NCBI GenBank assembly: GCA_030141605.1
Contig: JAQGDQ010000104.1
Coordinates: forward strand, 248,001 to 312,000
From: Tubiluchus corallicola
Taxonomy: Eukaryota > Animalia > Priapulida
Reading direction: 5' to 3'
DNA length: 64,000 bases
Shown here: positions 1-14,328 of the stretch, piece by piece
Layout of the letters: the number at the start of each line of letters is the position of its first letter
How positions within the stretch are numbered: the first letter of the stretch is position 1
Made by a program: the position numbers and the translations under genes
The notes under the pieces: model-generated
The model's input: the letters and a program-made list of their open reading frames with translations, nothing else
The model's database searches: none
What the model was told of the DNA's origin: nothing

Positions 1-141
1 GGGTAACAACTCATTATTTTTCCAAGCAGTTCCTAGGTATTTAGCAGTTTAGAATGTATGTATAATCCGCTTGCAACAAATATCAGGGGACTATCAAAAT
101 TTGCTGGCTACGACCCAGTCTCAGTCATTTTAATGTTTGTG

Positions 142-1541
142 CAGTCGAATCCCGTTAATACGATTTTCAATGGACCAAAATATTTTTTCGTATGTAGCAT
201 GTTTCGTACTATCCATTACGTGGATTTTTACAAACTCGTACTGTGTATAACTTGTATTGTAAAATAGCAATTAACCAATGTGTAGTCTGTACACTGGTCT
301 TCTTGTGAGTATAATTTGAACTTATTTAACCCTCCATTTCGCAAGTACGAACCTCAAAATTATATCAAAATGTTGCTGGTCAGTTAGTCTAAAGCATGCC
401 TGCAAGCAAGGGGTTAGGTGCCCGAGAGTCTGCGGCATGTTGCTTTTTGCTGCTGGAGGCTTACTGTAGTAGAAGTGCTAATAAATATCGCGAATACATC
501 ACAATGTTAATGCAAACCTATGCAACAAAACGTTACTAGAGCTTCTGCTGCGTGTAAGTGAAGGCGGCTAACTGTTCATATAGGGATGGGAAGACAGGCA
601 GTAACAAACTATACTATATGTATATGTGTTTTAAACTATAAGGACGACTTTTATGACAGTGGGAAACCGTATTGAAAATCGTCAATTTGACTGCAGGCAG
701 TTGTTTGTACACGCATTTCAATGATTAATTTAAATTATAAACATTTTGAACCTGAAAAAATTTATCAAACTAAAAATGTGCTGTAATTAACTCACTCATA
801 TTTTTGTACTGGAAGAAATCAGTAATTTTACTATTCTGCTTCTTACAAGCAAAATTTGTAATGAAGTTATTTAAACTTTCACTGAATATGGAAAATCTGG
901 CTGAACGTTGTTGGCGTGAACTTCTATGAAGCATTGCAGTCTTTCGACATAAAACTTCGCTTCACGGGTGGTGCGTGCTAAATCAGACTTGGGATTATCA
1001 TCATCGTCATCATCATCCTTGCCAGTAGCTGGTACTTGACAAAACTGAGAAATAATTTCATCCTTCATGGTTCATTCACTGTCAATGTATTGTCATCTGC
1101 CAAAATGAAATCTTCGACTCCCATATCAAAACTCATGAGCCATGTATGTGGACAGTTTGGGACAATCACTGAGTATTAACTAACTTAAACCACCTTTAAA
1201 GTTTAAATTAAACTAGGAACTAGACTTCATGCTAACATACGCTGCATTACATTTACATATGATACATAATGGATTGTAAAAACAAGCTGTGGTCACTTTG
1301 GCAACAGGTGAAGAGCATCTAGTGTTTAGATGGGGCGGGCCACAAGCACGAATCATATTAAAAGTGTTTATTTGTGTTGAAACTATACTATCGGGACTTT
1401 GGGAAAACATCTTACAAACAGAGGGTTTCGTAGTAACAAGTTTCATATTAACCATACATGATTAATATAAGCTTGGCAGGGATGTTGTCATACAACCGAG
1501 AGTTTTGTTATAAGCCAAAAGGTATTACCAGGATTCAACTG
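142..1541 (-). mobile_element. Internally deleted Tigger/pogo-type (Tc1/mariner superfamily) DNA transposon in a LONP1 intron
   Basis: Imperfect TIRs CAGTCGAATCCCGTTAATAC (142) and GTATTACCAGGATTCAACTG (ends 1541, followed by TA). The minus strand at ~870-1140 encodes a frameshifted acidic pogo/CENP-B-like C-terminus (EDFILADDNTLT / DEIISQFC / DDDDDDD / EAKFYVERLQCFIE). Confidence 0.7.
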
Positions 1542-3200
1542 TATAAGATACAAGTGAAGCCTATTCCACAGCTATGATGTAATAAAGAGCACCTTTTGAC
1601 ACTGGCACAGGTTCCTTTAACCCTTTCATTAGTGTGATACTTATGTTTCTCGTGCAAGGGACGGAAGGCGCCCAAGCTCAGCAATAAGCGCACTCACCCA
1701 GGTCTGTTTATTTCACTGCTACAGCCATGCAAAAACATTGTAGAAAAGTTTAGCAATACCTGGTATTGGGGTTGCTTCTCAACAAATAGCGCTAACCAGC
1801 CAATCAGCATCTGAAGCCAGATGCATTCCACAGTACTGTACTGTATTGTATGTTCCCATGCAAAATCACTTGTAGATCGTTGATGAAACGTATGTTTACT
1901 TGATCGTTCTGCATTCTTATAAAATGATTGCATAATATGGATTAGTATTGTGTCTTTTGTGAAAACTGGTTTCTAAATAATTATAAGTACTTGCTTACTT
2001 ATGATTGTGTGTACATGCGTGAGTGCATGTATGTGTGCTCGCTTGTGTGTGCATATGTATTAAATAAAACTAATATTTAATATTAGTACTCCATAACGAA
2101 CAACTATTTGTTTATTTACAACATTTTGTTTTAGTAACACACCACAAGAAGTTATTGCCAGATGGGCAAAAGTCAATGTGGCCCAGTTAAAAAGCAATAA
2201 TGTGAAAGGGTTAATAAGTGCATCTGTTAAGCAAGTATTTTATTACAAAAGAGTAAACTTATGGTGTTTAAACTCTGTTATTTCTAGAATTAAGGCAGTA
2301 TTATCCATGCAGTACATTTCTTTAAAAACCACCTGCAAGTTGCTTCTCTGCTATGATTCATTTGTCTTCAGCTACAATGTCTGCTGACAACTGAGTGTGT
2401 TTTACGTGGATGTTATTTTAGATTAGACCAATGGAACTTAACCTTTTTCACTAGTGGTACCGCCTGAATCACTAGACCAAAATCCTGAAAATGTGCTTCT
2501 GTAAAGTTCTGCTGCTACTTTTTTCTGAAAGTGGGCAACTTAGCCAGTCTTATCAATTTGACTATGCAAAATCCGTAGCGGGAAGGAAAGTCCTCGAAAA
2601 AGTAGCAGGAAGGAATTAAAAATGCAAAAGAGAAACAAAATTGCCACCAAGTTTTTGCATGAACAATGTAAATTAAAAAAATTAATGTTAAAAAACGATT
2701 GTGTCATCTATTCCAGGGTATTTGGACCCCAGAAATTCATTTCTGTCATTTTCATTTCAAAAATGATTACTGCTTTCAAAATGACCACCACACAAAATTA
2801 TTCTTGCTTCTGCAGTAACTAAGGAGTCTCGTCTTCAAGAAGTCCTAGATGTGTGTTTGGAAATGACAATATTCAACCGAGTTTCATTTTGCACACACCC
2901 TTTGCAAGTTATTACAACTTACATGATCAGAAAATTTCTTCAACAATATTTTCCTTCTGTGTCATGGTAAACTCATGTATAATAAAGTAAGCTGAGTTTG
3001 ATCTTTAATCACATTTTATAACTAATGCAATTTTTCCTACTGCTCTTCAGTGAAGTTTGTATTTGCGATATTCTGTGAATCCTTTTTTTGTTTGACAGAG
3101 TTGTCTATAAAGCTATATCATATATTATACTATATAGTTCTATATTGTACCGAATGTGATAATAATAAAACTTCATTGACCAATATTCTTTTATATGCAG

Positions 3201-3430
3201 GTGGTTCCACACTATACATTGAAACGACCTTACGTATAGGTTTACAATCTATCAACGAGTTTGATAAGCAGGAACGCTCTGTTGGTTCTATGGAATTAAC
3301 TGGTCAGTTGGGTAATGTAATGAAAGAAAGTGCACAGATTGCATATACCTTCTCAAAAGCATTTCTGATTGAAAAAATTCCAGAAAACAAATTTTTGGAA
3401 AAAGGACATGTACATGTTCATGTTCCGGAG
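3201..3430 (+). CDS. LONP1: LONP1 third-last coding exon
   Basis: tatgcag|GTGGTTCC ... CCGGAG|gtaagc; [12 protein letters not shown]...HVHVHVPE. Confidence 0.95.
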
Positions 3431-5347
3431 GTAAGCAATTTATAGTGAGACTATTCAGCTTGGTAATTTGTGGTAGAACTTCAAATACAAAATTTCAAAA
3501 TGCTGTGATAGGCTGTTTGTTAAACAATTGCATAATAATGAATGTGATGATGATGATCTCGATGACGATGACCACGTGAATAATTATAAGTTTGTATGCA
3601 GTACATGTTTTCCTCCTCTGGCTCCTGTACTTTTTTGTCGTAAACTCCTACGTTGGTCAACACAAATGCTCACCAAATAACATAAGTTGTTATTTTTGGC
3701 AATGAACTTTTAGACGTGCAAATAATGAGTTCCACCCAGCTCAGTCAGAATGAAAGATTATGTGAGAATGAATTTTGTTAATAATGTAATAACTGATTAT
3801 TAAATTACATTAGAATAGCTGTGTGGCGATGTGGGTTGGTGAGTGGAGTAAGATTGAACTTTTCGTCATGCAGCCTGTTAGAACCAATTTTGTGCGCAAG
3901 CTATTGGTTTGATATGCAGATGTTAACTGCATTTACAGTTTTATTATTATTATTATTATTGAAAGTCTCTCACAAGCTTCTAATAGCACTACTAAGATAA
4001 CTAAATACAATAGTAATGTTTTATAAACAGTGGTGACTGCTAGGTGACCATTCCATTATGGTCTTTCTCCATCCCATCTCAATGCAGTTATAATGAACTG
4101 TGTGTTATTGCATATCGTACGAGACAAATAAACTAATCAATGTAATCTTGATGATGAGCATATAATATCAGAACTGAATTGAATTTTTGCCTTTCTAGTT
4201 TCAAAACAGAGTGTTAAGAATTTAGTTTTAGAAACTTTTCAAATAAATTTCAAATAAGTAATAAAAATGACAATGCTGAACTTTGCACGTTGCATGATGT
4301 TTGAAATGTTTTAATGATGAAGAACGAACGTAAATTGAAGTATGGAATTATTCGAAATCATAACTTTGGGTTGTAACCGAATTAGAATTAAAAACTTTGG
4401 AATTTACATGCCCTCTAAGTTGGTCAATGTAATGTTCTGTTAAAATGATTTTTCTTATTGCAGGGGGCTACTCCAAAGGACGGTCCCAGTGCAGGGTGTA
4501 CCATTGTAACAGCAATGTTATCTCTTGCTTTAAAAGAACCTGTCAGACAAAATCTGGCCATGACTGGAGAAATCTCATTGACAGGAAAAATTCTTCCAGT
4601 GGGTGGTATCAAAGAGAAAACAATAGCGGTAAGCAGCTGAGGGTTGGCATATTGGCACAGCTGGGAACCAGCTGCACTACTTGTAATTGAAATTGAATTT
4701 GAAATTTATTTTTTCTCTAATTTACAAATGTACAGTAACCACTTCCAGTCTATAAGGGAGCAATAATTGAATAGTATACAGGTAAATAAAGCCTAATTGC
4801 TAGTAATAAGTGAAAAGGAGAGAGAATAGCAAGCCGACCAAAAGGTCATCAAGTCAGCCATCTTTTTAATATGTTAAAATTAAATTGTCACAGGCGGCAC
4901 TAGTGAGTAATAGTGAGGTACAAATAATAAATTAATTTGACCAGCTTGATTTCATAAATTAGTAGTTTCTAAACAAAAACTGAAGCAATTAACACATAGT
5001 GACCTATAACACATATTTACAGTTAGGTTGACAAATGAATGTTTGATTTAACAATATTATAATTTATTATGTTACAGTGACAGACAAAAGCTCCAAGTAT
5101 AGCTTAAGCAACGATATACACTCCTTAGTAATATTCTACAAATTATCAAAACAAAAAGAAGATATAAATGACAATATTCATGAGTTTAATGCTATCTGAC
5201 TATGTGGTAATTATACAAAAAAAATAATCAAAATTTAAGATTAATTGTTTTTTACTATAAAGAAGGTATTTTTCCAAGTACTTTTTTTTACATTCATATA
5301 CATGTACAAATATGTACGTACATACACATACAGACATATACATATGT

Positions 5348-5392
<45 letters not shown>

Positions 5393-7820
5393 CACACACG
5401 CACGCACGTACGCACACACACACGCACACCACACACATACATGCACACGCACACACACACACACACACATACACGCTCACACACATGAATACATACATAC
5501 TTTACTCGTATAATGGGGATAGTTATAAAAATACCTGGATATCATACCCATGTTTTAGTAGCATATCCGTTTAGCATACTTGTCTAAATATGCAGGAATA
5601 TTCTGCACATCCTTAGTAATTTTCACATTGGTGTTTGTTTACTGTATTTTATATTTCTAATGTTTTGAACAAGTTTGTAAAATCTTTTTAAAGTAATAAG
5701 TTAATGAGCAATGCAAACAAAACATCTGCCATGCTACCACTCCCGTTTCTCTTTTTTGGTGCAGATATACATGCCTTGTATTTTACGAGGCTGGAAAGAT
5801 GAACTATTGGAATTTTTACTTTAGTCATTAAGTTTTCTGCAGTTTTGCCACTTTATTTTCCCCTTTTTTCTGTAGAATTTGTAGAAATGCAAATTTACCC
5901 TTTAAGTGAAAGTAACAAGATTAGTGAAAAAGAAATCAAAACCAAGTCTTTTTCCTAATCTTAGAAACTTTTTAATTCTTTCATTACTGTTTGAAATAAA
6001 GATTAAGAACATTGGTGTGAGAATAGCTGAGTGGTTATGGTATGTGGCCTGACATAGCTCTCAAAGTTAGCAGCCTAGTTAGCTTCCTTTTGTCATAGAG
6101 CTTCCGACAGGGAAAGTTATATGTACATCGGACATGGTCCTGCCTTTGCCTGTTCACTCTCTCATCTAACATGATTATCCTTTGACAGTTGACTATATTC
6201 TGGGCTGAGATTCATTAAAATGTTTTGTAAAAAAGTTTGTAAGAACATACACAAATATTCAAGAAATTTCTACAAACTTTTGTAATTTGGATTCTTATGT
6301 ATTTTGTTCGTGCGAACATTTTACGCTGCTTAATATCAGCCCCAGCAAAATTACTGCTTATGATATGCAATTATATAGCACAATAGTACAAAAAACACTC
6401 TTGCCTCTTTTACCAGCCTATGCTAACTTTGCTGAACCATTTATTAAATTTTAATATTACAGTCTCAGATATAAATACTCTCAGATTCTGTGAACACATT
6501 ATAAACACTAGGTAGTAGGCTACTTAGTACTAGACACACCATTCTCTCACTTGCCCTCAAGAAAATATCTTTAGGCTTCCCTTACTACGTTTATTTGTTT
6601 TTCTGTTTTCCTGAAAGCTGTTAAATTGCTATAAACGACCAACAAAACTAAATAGAGAAAAACTAGACAAAAGTAGAGATAAGTAAGTAGGTAGGTTTGG
6701 TAGGTACATGGGTAGGCAGGTAGACAGGTTGGTCGTTTGATTGGCCAGTTGGTCAATCAGTCAGCAGAGAGAGAGGGGGACAGCGAGAGAGAGAAACAGA
6801 AAGAAAGAAAGAGACAGAGATGTGAGCTTGGTGGTCTGCTGCATGGACTATAGTTCAAATACAACTTTCTTTTGAATAGTGTAAATCTAAATTATTGCAA
6901 AATTTCTTCCATGAAAACACCAGCCACAGCCATTTAAGCTGTCACAATGTGATAAATAGCACTTACTCGTGCAAAGTATGCACAAACTTGCAAAGAAAAT
7001 CGTTCGTAAGAACTTTAGTGAATCTGGCCCCAGGTTCCGTGATGATCTCCAACATTTTAAGTAGAACTACTGTTGAATGCTGATCATCTATTACCATCTT
7101 GCAGTGTACTGAACTGCATAGTGTCTGGAAAATATAAAAGTAAAAAGTGCAAAAGAGTTATTATAATGTAAAATAAGAAATTATTTTATATTTTTTTGCT
7201 ATACTTCTTATACTGCAAAATAAGTTATAAAACAGATTAGTGACTGATTGGGAAAGGGAAATTTTAGTGTGCCATTTGTCAACTCTTTTGTAAAACACAA
7301 CTGCAGAAGACAGTGGAAGGTTAGTAATACTGAAAATAATTAAAACTACTATCACGAGAACAGACTAGTTAGATTAACGAAAGTATGATGCAAAATGCAC
7401 TGGCTTTAGAGAATATTTTACGATAGCTCATGTAAAAATTATTGCCCAATGCAATTAAAGTCTTGTCCTAAAGTCTTTTTAAAGTGAAAATTTCAACAAA
7501 CTCACTTATGAAATTGGTTTTTATGTTTGCTTGAAAGCGTAGTTTTCAGAACCATGTTTTTACATTCAGTGTGAATGTACTAAGTTAACTACATTTTGTA
7601 GGCAAAGCGAGCCGGTGTTGAGTGCATCATATTGCCAGCAGAGAACAGAAAAGATTTCACGGAACTGCCAAGCTTCATTACAGAAGGCATTGAAGTATAC
7701 TTTGTATCCCATTACAGTGAAATATTCTCCATTGCATTTCCCAGTCTGTCTGTTAACACTATTATACCTGATATTGAGACTGCAGCTGGCTTACAACATG
7801 CACAGAAATGTCAACATTGA
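3201..7820 (+). CDS. LONP1: Mitochondrial Lon protease homolog, 3' part (three exons: 3201-3430, 4464-4628, 7602-7820); 5' exons lie upstream of the window
   Basis: The spliced product contains [31 protein letters not shown]|[11 protein letters not shown] (catalytic Ser), [21 protein letters not shown] (catalytic Lys) and AKRAGV. All introns are GT-AG with matching phases. There is no C-terminal PTS1, so LONP1 rather than LONP2. Confidence 0.95.
4464..4628 (+). CDS. LONP1: LONP1 penultimate exon (catalytic Ser-Lys dyad)
   Basis: ttgcag|GGGGCT ... ATAGCG|gtaagc; 165 nt; [12 protein letters not shown]...GGIKEKTIA. Confidence 0.96.
5318..5500. repeat. Compound TACA/TA/CA microsatellite
   Basis: Directly visible; explains the spurious ORFs at 5200-5574. 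Confidence 0.9.
7602..7820 (+). CDS. LONP1: LONP1 last coding exon
   Basis: ttttgtag|GCAAAG; [46 protein letters not shown]...KCQH-TGA. Confidence 0.93.
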   Translation, partial: AKRAGVECIILPAENRKDFTELPSFITEGIEVYFVSHYSEIFSIAFPSLSVNTIIPDIETAAGLQHAQKCQH

Positions 7821-8899
7821 TCAAATATGGTGATTACTTAACAACAGTGAGCTGTGCCAACCCTTGAATATTATTATATTACAGTGCTTTTGTAGGCTTA
7901 ACAAAGGTCTCTAAAACTTATGTAGTTAATATATTGTATAATTGTTAGCAATGCTTGAGATATAAAGTTTAGCTTTATTCTATAGTTAAGCTAGCTAATT
8001 TCTAGCTCAATGTGATTTGTAATAGTGAACATTCTGCAAATTTATCGCTGTATGAAGATGTTTAAGTGGTGACTCAACAAAAAGACTCCAGATTAATGGG
8101 CATAACACTACCACAAAATAATGTTACATTTATTATTGTGGCTCTTATTCTCTGAGCCAAAAATGTGATTGCTGTAATGATGTGTAATGACTTCTCTAAA
8201 TGTCATATTATAAACATGATGTTGCTCCTGTAAGCACGAAATTTCAGTTTTTGTAAACCCTACCATGGTAAGTATAGTTTTGGAGGAATTAATCAAATTC
8301 TCGTGCAACTGATTTAAATACGTGTAAATTATCATAATCCTTTTCACTTCAAACATAATTAAAATTTACTTAATCCTTTATACAATAATGCCATAATTTT
8401 TTAGAAAAATGGCTTGGCAAAATGCCATATCAGTCATCATGTCAACGACTCGTAGCGAAATGAAAGTACTAACAAAGGCACTACGCAATACAGTTCCACT
8501 TACATAACAGTTCAAGCCTTATTGCAGAATCTTCTGTGCACAATTACCTTACCAGTAATCTACTTTATTTACTTCTCATCTTGCAAATCGCGTCACAAAT
8601 GACTTCAGTTAAAGGGGATTTGTCACCCTTCTGCCAGAGCTACAGATGACCATCTCCCCTCGTATATCCAATCATATGGTGTGTGGTAGTACTCTTTTTA
8701 GCACGTCAACTTGCATATTGGTCCCACCAGTTGCATATTATAAGTTGTTGGTTGTTTGTCATGGCTATTCAATCTGCAGTCTGGCTACAGGGGTAGGCTG
8801 GTGACACTCATGGACAATTTAGGGCATTATGAGGCCCTAGACTGATAGTCCTGCCCAAAATCATTACATTACGCTATTTCGGTATCACAAAATTACTGC

Positions 8900-9754
8900 C
8901 TTATGGCTCTTTCATAATATCAGTAAATTAGTCAACAAATTATTTGACATGTCTCCGTCGCAGGGTATATTTCCAGATGTAGCTAATTCATATTCACAGA
9001 TAATATACATATGATGATCCAGCCAACTACCGACGACCCATATCTGTTCTGTCACCTGTAGCTCAGCTTCTTGAAAATGTCGTGCATACGAGATTTAACA
9101 ACTTCATTATTAAAACTAACATTCTGGCTAAATTTTAATTTGGATTTGGAAAAAATTTCCCAACTACTCTAGCAACAGCCAAAATAATAAAAACACTCTT
9201 GACTAACAAGAATAACAAATTATACATCTGTGAGACATTTTTAGATTTATCAAAAGCATTTGATACTGTGCAACATAACCTACGAATACAAAAACTTGAG
9301 CACTATGGTGAACGAGGCACTGCATTAAACTTATTAAAATCCTACTTAACTAACAGGCAACATTACACTACAATTAATAATGTAAGCTCAAGTTTAAAAA
9401 CAATGATTTACGGCATTCCTCAACGGTCGACCCAAGGCCCACTCCTATTCCCACTGTACATTAATGATTTACCACGTTGCTCAGTTTTTAACACGAGATT
9501 GTTTGCTGATGACACTAACCTCTTCCTAACTGATAGTTACCTTAATGCTTTAGAAACTAATACCAATAACCAACTTAAAAAATTGACATCTGGATGAAAG
9601 TAAACTTGTATGTTAATTATTAAAAACACAATTTATGCTTATTAGGCCAAATAAGGATAGACCAGCATTTAATATTAAAATGGGCAACAACGTGATACAA
9701 GAAACAAATCGTATTAGATATCTTGGGCTGAATATAGATGCCAAACTTAATTTA
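8900..9754 (+). mobile_element. Decayed non-LTR retrotransposon (CR1/L2-group LINE) reverse transcriptase fragment
   Basis: Motifs PANY.RPISVLS, FLDLSKAFDTV, YGIPQRSTQGPLLF.LYINDL, LFADDT and YLGLNIDAKL, with stops and frameshifts; cut off at the LTR at 9755. Confidence 0.9.
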
Positions 9755-9879
9755 TGTTGATGATCGTGAACCCCATTTCTATCTAGTAGAAATAATTAAA
9801 TACACTACGCCATTGTGCGTGTTACCAAACTGCTTTATTTCTCAACAGACCATGCGATCTGGCGCATTAATACATAACA
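9755..9879 (-). repeat. 3' LTR (125 bp) of the minus-strand Gypsy element
   Basis: The minus strand reads polypurine tract AAAAAAGGAGA (9890-9880), then TGTTA...AACA with an internal AATAAA. The left boundary coincides with the break in the LINE RT. Confidence 0.75.
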
Positions 9880-12800
9880 TCTCCTTTTTTGAAGAAAAAA
9901 CAGAAATAAACAATAACACGGCATTGTTAACAACAATAGTAAACAGAACGTTGAACTTTAAATTATAAAATGACTTTCATTACAGTTAAAAATGAATGAA
10001 GTTCTACTTCTATCCTCCTTCGTTTGCAAAATATGTAGAATGGGAACTGTCTACAAGTTAACTACGATGTATTATTCTAAACAAAATTCAGAACACAAAT
10101 TTTCAAAACATTTTGAAGCAAATGCACCTGATATCAGAAAATGTTATTTAAGAAAAATACTGTAGCTGCAGTATTCATTTATGCATGTATATAAACACTA
10201 ATAGCTACATTTAAAACTTTAAATATTTTGCTTATTACAAACACTAAATTTTATGAATTTCGTGAACATGTACTCAAATGTCAAACAAATGCAGAGCAAT
10301 CTTCACTCAGGCAGATAGTTAGATTAAGCAAAGTAGTAGAAACTTTTTTTTGCTTGCTTAGCACATAACCACTACTTAACCATAGTCAATAAGAGTACTA
10401 GGAAGTTTTGAGAGTCTTCCAGACCTGGTAAATACTGGCTTGTGCTGAAATTTGAGGACGTGGTAGGTTGAGTTTCTGGTGTTGATAGCGTGTTTGTATT
10501 AGAGGCTGCTCTGTTACTAAATCATGACATTCATCTTCTAGGTAATTTTCTTGTTCAAATATATCTGTTTCTTTGGTCTTCAGTAAATCACGTCTGTTTC
10601 TTCTCCAGACTCTAGCTGATGGAGTAAGTACATTGTATGAACGTGGTTGAAGAGGCTTCCTATCTGGAGGTAATAAAAATGCTGGCTGCCATTTGTCTTC
10701 ATGTCTAACTCGTACGGTATCTCCATGCTTTAATGAATTAAGAGTTCTTGACCCACTGTTTTGCCTTCTGTCTATATTCATGTAGCTTTTCTTGTACATG
10801 TTTTGACTGTTGTATTTTCGGTCTCAACGGTGTTGGTCTTGTTGGTAATTTCTGTTGAATATTCTTTGTGCCGGTGATCCAGTTATGTCATCCTTGGTGT
10901 GTTTCTGTGATTAAGTAGAGCTAAGTATGGATCTTTTCCAGATTCGTAGCATTTACTAAGTATGTTTTTGGCTATACCAACTGATTTCTCTACTAATCCA
11001 TTAGCTTGTGGGTGCCTTGGTGATATGCGGCTATGATCAAAGGCAAATTCAGCAAACTCATTGCTATTGAATGGAGGACCATTGTCGGTTGTTACTCTTC
11101 TGGGTACAAAACCATTTTTTGAGTTGCCTTATGAGCGTAGATGCTTTAGAATCTTGTCTAATTTCTCAATCTCAAAAAATTCACTGTAGTAGTCAGTACA
11201 AATTAACCACTTGTAACCTAAGCAGTCAAACAGATGAGATGCTACATGTATCCAAGGACCTTCAGGAATTTCTGGTGGCATTAGTGGCTCTTTTTGTTGC
11301 TTCAGTCTGTGTTCTTGACACGTTGCACATTTTGATACAATATCTTCTATCTGTTTGTTGATACCGTGGCCAATAAACAATATCTCGTGCTAGTTGTTTA
11401 CATTTAACCATACCACTATCTGCAAGATGTGCACGACTTAGTGTATTTGCAACAGGTATTTCTGTGCCTCTTTTATCCACTAGTTTGAAGTCATATTGCT
11501 GCAATTTTAGTCGCATTCTTTGGAGTCTGAGTGATACTTGATATAGTGGTTTCTCTAAAATTCTGATCAAAGACAGATGGTCAATCTCTACTAGTATGTC
11601 GCTTCTTCCATATACAAAAGTATGGAACTTCTTCATTGCAAATACAATTGCCGGAAGTTCTTTCTCTATTTGCGCATATGCGCACTCTGCATCCATAAGT
11701 GCTTTTGAACCATAAGTAACTGGTTGCTGATTTTTGTTGTACGACACATCCTAGACCAGACATGCTGGCATCACAAGAGATAGTAATTGGCTTTGTTTGG
11801 CTGTAAAATTTCAAGGTTGATGCTATAGTCATCACTCTCTCAATTTGACGGACTGCTTCTATATGTACTTCTTCGAAGTGCCATGAAAACTGTTTTTCGC
11901 TACTCTCTTTAATTAGCTATCTGAGAGGCTCCGTTACAGTTGACAAATTGGGTAAAAATTTGCATGTGTATGTAACCATTACTAATAGCGTTTGGACTTC
12001 TTTTATGCACTTTGGCATTGACATGTCAGTAACTGCTTTGACTTTGTTTGGATCGATCTGAACACCTTTGCTACTGATAATATGGCCTGCATATTTAACA
12101 GTTTCTTGACATAATGTTAGTTTTCTCAGTGAAAATTTGACATTATTCTCTCTGGCTCTTTGTAATATGCATCTTAGCAACTCATATGTTCTTTGACTGC
12201 TACTGAGTCTGCAAGTAAATCATCAGTTATAATGTTCAATTTCTCTGTCTCCAAAGATTTCCATCATCTTCCGTCGATATAGTTCAAGGGTGGAAGATAT
12301 GCCCATTGGAAGTCTCCTGTACATATATCGGCCAAAGGGTGTGTTGAACGCTGCTAACAAGCTTGACTCTTCATCGAGTTCTAGTTGGAAATAACCAGAG
12401 TTGGCATCTAGCACTGTGAAATATTGGCTTCCGCTGACACAAGTGACTATATCATCAACAGTATTAATTGGGTAATACTCTCTAAGTAAGGTTTGTTTAA
12501 ATCTTTAGGGTCAATTGTTAATCTCACATCAACATCTGGGCTTAACCCTTTCTTTTTCACAACTTGTAATGAGCTGCACCAAGGTGTGGGAGTTCCTACT
12601 GGAATTTTTTCAATAATTCCTATTTCAACTAGTTCATCTAATTTCTTTTTTGCAGGTTCACGCAAGGCTGCTGGAATGGGCCTGGAGGGGGGGGGGGGTG
12701 AACAACAGGTTTTACAGATTCATTAGATTTTAATGAAACTTTACCAGGCATTTTTCAATACCTTGAAACACATCTATATGTTCATACAATAAAGCTATAA

Positions 12801-14266
12801 CTTCAGGATATGTGCATTTTTCAGTGCTTTCATGCACTTGTGCATTTGATGTAGGCCTATGTTCGACATGATTAACTCTGCAACAATTTTAGATCAAGAC
12901 TACTTTCTAAACTAAGTACATTTGGTACATTACCGTTTACTAGCTCACATTTCAACAAATAATTTGCTCCTTTGTACACAACTGGTAATTCAACAACACC
13001 TAAAAGTTTAATGGGAGCACTACCAAAGCCATAGATAACTGTATAGGATTTATCTATTTTACGTTTAACATACATTGTATCATACTGCTTTTTTGAAATT
13101 ACACTTACATCTGCAACTGATCTATCTTAAAGCTAATATTGCCACCATCACGAAGTTCGAAATTCACATTCCAGGCTTTCTTGCTGTCATTTGATCGATA
13201 TGAAGCCTGATTTGGTTTGTTACACCAAATAAATGAGTTATCTACACAGTTGTCATAATTATAAGTACTGCTTCAGTTATCATTTACACTTAAGTTATTT
13301 ACAGACCTACTCAGATCATTTTCACTACACGTGCAAGCATCATTATGTGAAAAATTCTGTGATTCAACACAGTTTATTCTTTTTCTGTGTACTCTCTTAC
13401 AAAATGATTGTATCGTTTGCAAAAATTACATTGCTGCTGCTATGCTGGACATTTTCTCGGTGGATGTGAATAACCACAGCTGTAGCATGTAGTATCATGC
13501 ATTCTGAAGCGTTGATTAAAACTACGGTCATTATTCTGCACTTATCTTCCTCGTTGATAAGTTCTACGAACATCACTGAGTCACGACGCTGCTGATTTTC
13601 GCTACTCGGCAAAACTGACTGTCGTTGGTCATTTGTTGAAAAATCGCGTCACTGGAAGTTGTGGTACCTACTTCTGCTTCGTCCACAACCACGAACAGTA
13701 TTTATATTCACGTGCTTGTCTCCATTATTAATTGGTGTATACAACACACGGGACTGTTGTTGTTGCTCAAATAACTGCGCCCTTTTAATAATTTCATCTA
13801 AGTTCAAATCTTCGCTCCACAGTTTTTCTCTTAACTTTGGGTCTTTTACTCCAATGCTAATTGCAACACACAGTTGGTCATTTAATCCATCACCAAATTC
13901 GCAATTGACAGCTATGTCTTTCAATGCGGTAATAAACTCAGCAATACTCTCGTGCTGGCCTTGTTTTATCGGCTGAAATTGTGTAATGTACCCTTTACGT
14001 AATTTTCGTGGTTCGAAATAATTGTCAAATTTAGCGGTGACTGTTGTATATTCAGACTTTTCTTCGTCTGTTAAGTCCAAGTTGTTGAAAACGTTTTGAT
14101 ATTCCTTACCCATTGCGTACAGTAACAACGCAACTTTCTGTTCGCCATTGGCATTCTGCTTACCAGCGGCTGTCAAGAACACGTTGAATTCGGCTTTAAA
14201 TTCTTTCAAGTCTTGGGCGAGGTTCACTTTAACCGTGGAACATTTTGGTGGCTTTAGATTCTCCAT
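9755..14266 (-). mobile_element. Degenerate Ty3/Gypsy LTR retrotransposon (gag-PR-RT-RNaseH-IN), 5' LTR absent
   Basis: gag 14266-13649; protease remnants ~13150-12870; RT (LDANSGYFQLELDEES, FNTPFGRY..RLPMG); RNaseH (CDAS..GLG, YAQIEKE..AIVFA); integrase (C..CQ, TDYYSEF, DNGPPF, HPQANGLVEKSV). Gypsy domain order, many frameshifts and internal deletions. Confidence 0.93.
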
Positions 14267-14328
14267 ATTCTATTTACTTTGTTTTCACTAAATTTATGCA
14301 CTTACTGCTTACAACAACATAACAAAAG

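Noticed and set aside
7740-7820. LONP1 C-terminal extension ending KCQH as a CaaX or PTS1 signal
   Set aside because: The Cys is at position -3 (not CaaX) and CQH does not fit PTS1. It is likely just a variable tail.
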